DNA from: the human T2T-CHM13v2.0 reference genome, Homo sapiens
Reading direction: 5' to 3' (one strand)
Assembly: GCF_009914755.1 (NCBI RefSeq)
Contig: NC_060938.1
DNA: 64,000 nt
A program made the translations under genes and the position numbers. The notes under the pieces are model-generated. The model did not search any database. It saw only the letters and a list, made by a program, of their open reading frames with translations, and was not told the origin of the DNA. Of this stretch, positions 61,046-64,000 are shown in pieces; position 1 is the stretch's first letter, and the number at the start of each line of letters is the position of its first letter.

Positions 61046-61945
61046 GGGGAAAAAAATGCCTTCTGGCTAGATGAGTTATGATTTATACATTAACAAATAT
61101 TCTCTAACAGAGAGAGTTGTTAGACCTCAAAACCAGGAGATTGCAGAATCCATCCAGATGTCTGTGGTGGGAGAAGGCCCATCTCTCAGGGAAGAGCACC
61201 TCTGTATTTATCTGTTCATATGTGTGCTTCATCAAAGCCTCTTCTCAGCCATGGTTCAGGCTGAATTTATAAAGCTTGAAACCTATCGTATTTCTCAAGA
61301 ATCAGAGATCAGAGGTGGAAGGTTTACAATATCTCGATAAGTAAGCAGTACAAATGAGTTCTAGCAGTAAAAAAGAAAGAGGTCTAATGATAAATATATG
61401 AAGCCTGTCTCCACTTGAGAGACCTCCTAGAAAAGATTTGTTCTAAGGAAACTTTTCTCCATTAGGAGCAGAATCATCTTGGAAATATACAGCTCCAAGT
61501 TGTGTTAGAAAGGTGTGTACAAAGAAGACCAAAAATTCACATTTGGAATAAGGCATTAAAGTTGCCATTGTTTCTAGTAGGGAAACCCTGCAAAGTGTTG
61601 GGGCATCGTAGATCCTGCATGTTGACGCCTGCAACTAATCTGCCCCGGAGCTGTTCCGACAGTGGCTGGAGCATTTGCTGCACAGTTGCATAGGTGTTCA
61701 ACAATTGCCAAAATAAAATGAAGCTATTTCGTGATGATTAGAAAGAAATAATCAGCATCAATGAGGCCTCTGATGCATCTTCAGGAGTGAGTAGGTGGAA
61801 TGAAGACCTGGTAGGTGAGACTTTTCTCTCTTGTCAGAGAAAGTTTGACTTGGGGGAGCCTGGAAAACAGGGACAGGAGATGGAGTGCCCCAGCCAGGCT
61901 TGCCCTGCCCAGGTCAGAGTTCTTGTAAAGCACCATCTGATTGTG

Positions 61946-62008
61946 TGTTTTCTGGTGGCTACAATAAGCTGATTTTTGGAGCAGGGACCAGGCTGGCTGT
62001 ACACCCAT
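61946..62008 (+). CDS. TRAJ4: TCR alpha J segment 4
   Basis: RSS agttcttgt-12-gattgtg (61918-61945); FSGGYNKLIFGAGTRLAVHP; gtgagt. Confidence 0.97.
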
Positions 62009-62925
62009 GTGAGTATGACCCTGCAAGTGACCAGTGCAAAAAGAACTGACCACTTGTCTATGAGAAAACAGGTGATGATCTATAGCAAACTTGGGGATAT
62101 ATTGAGAAGCACTCATTTTCCATTCCTACAAGCTCTCTTGGTGACTTAAAATGTTCCCATTTCTCATATGAAACACAGAAGTGCCAAGAGCCAATTGCGT
62201 AAATGAAAATCTGAGCAGAATAATTTATAGAAACATAAAAAGAGTTCCAAATAATGAGTGCTTTCAAGCGAAGCTGATAATATCGGCACCAGATAATCTG
62301 AACATTCAGGAAATTAGCTAAGTGCCCTTGGGGGAAAGAGATGAGTTAATGGCAAACACAAATTCTCTTTTATTGCAGCATGTAGCTAAATTCCCTGGAT
62401 TGGCTAATAAACATGGTATGGGGATCCCTACTCATAGAATCTTCCTCTCTGGAGTTAGGAGAGTTTTCAGCTTCCTCCTAAGGGTAAAAGTGGCCCAGAC
62501 CCCTAACTGAACGGCAAGTATACCACATGCAATTACAAGGTATAGAGGCAGCAATGTAGAGGGAGGCCCACAGACCTGGGGAAAATCTGGGCTCTACTCT
62601 CACTGGCTGTTTTCAATAAAGCCTCCACTTTCTCAGCAGCAAAATGACTATAACTACATCATAATAATATGAGATAATGGCCAGAATGTAAAAAGTGATC
62701 AATAAGTAGTAGCTTTTCTAAAATATTATTATAATTATTATTATTGAGGCTTTGCTTATACTAAGGTTTACACTATCATAAAGGGAAAGGAGAATCGCTT
62801 CCTTGGGAAATAAAAGATGTAAGCAACAAAGACCCAAGGAGCCTTTTAGAATGTTGCTCTGGGACCCCAGTGGCTTCCAGCAGATTAGCATCAAGAAGGT
62901 TATCTCAAAGACCTTACCCACAGTG

Positions 62926-62987
62926 GGGGTACAGCAGTGCTTCCAAGATAATCTTTGGATCAGGGACCAGACTCAGCATCCGGCCAA
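62926..62987 (+). CDS. TRAJ3: TCR alpha J segment 3
   Basis: RSS ggttatctc-12-cacagtg (62898-62925); GYSSASKIIFGSGTRLSIRP; gtaagt. Confidence 0.97.
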
Positions 62988-63390
62988 GTAAGTAGAATGA
63001 AGCAGGAGAGCAAGGGAGGACGGACAACTATTTCTTCTTTGTCCAAAATGCCAACTTGAACCCAGGTATTTTCCTCTGTGGGCTCCAAAATGGTTTCTTC
63101 CACCCATCCCCAGAAAATCCTCCCATCCAGCTCTCGGTGCTCTGCAGACATCATCCTTAGGCTGGGACCTTAGGAACCATGAGGCAGGCAATGAGCGAGT
63201 ACTCCTGAACCTTCCACAAACATATCCAAGATACTGCTGCCTGGAATTGAGGTTTTTGTTCTAGGGAATTATTGGTTTATTGAAATCATATGAAGTCACA
63301 ACCTCAGCCCAGGGAATCACAGCAGAATGGAACAGGAGGAGAACTTTTGTATCAGAAGCGAAATTTCAGTGCAAAAGAGCAGAAGGTTTA

Positions 63391-63767
<377 letters not shown>

Positions 63768-63818
63768 TTAAGTAATAGGTAGGTCCTGTGAGTTTGTGCA
63801 ATGGTGTCACCTACGGTA

Positions 63819-63884
63819 TGAATACTGGAGGAACAATTGATAAACTCACATTTGGGAAAGGGACCCATGTATTCATTATATCTG
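63819..63884 (+). pseudogene. TRAJ2: TRAJ2 (open frame, non-functional RSS)
   Basis: NTGGTIDKLTFGKGTHVFIIS with gtgagt; heptamer tacggta (63812-63818) lacks GTG. Confidence 0.94.
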
Positions 63885-64000
63885 GTGAGTCATCCCAGGT
63901 GGCACCACGTGCAACCCCATGGGCCAGTGTCACTAATCCTTTCTCTGGAGATATCACTTATTACTATGGTGAGGCTTGCTGTAGATGTTGTAACTAATTT

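Overview
This is vertebrate (human) genomic DNA covering the J-alpha array of the T-cell receptor alpha/delta locus (TRA/TRD, chr14q11.2). The window holds 54 consecutive TRAJ segments, TRAJ55 to TRAJ2, all on the + strand. Each typically has an upstream 12-bp-spacer recombination signal (nonamer-12-heptamer), a 52-69 nt coding segment with an F/W-G-X-G-type motif, and a phase-1 GT splice donor. TRAJ55 and TRAJ51 are pseudogenes, and TRAJ25, TRAJ19 and TRAJ2 have defective RSSs. TEA/TRAJ56-61 (upstream) and TRAJ1/TRAC (downstream) lie outside the window. Between the segments are Alu (including an AluYa5), L1PA, MIR and L2 remnants and microsatellites. There is no conventional protein-coding gene; the ORF track is mostly noise or repeat-derived. 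Four things are not explained by the standard annotation: (1) a possible hidden layer of unnamed, decayed J segments between the named ones, best seen at 795, 4493, 5082, 7662, 16361, 20972 and 56924; (2) a ~97% identical inverted repeat bracketing TRAJ48; (3) a 202-bp, 97.5% identical direct repeat around TRAJ43-42; (4) several atypical RSS and splice-donor layouts. TRAJ names and alleles come from recalled sequence and positional order, not from a database search.
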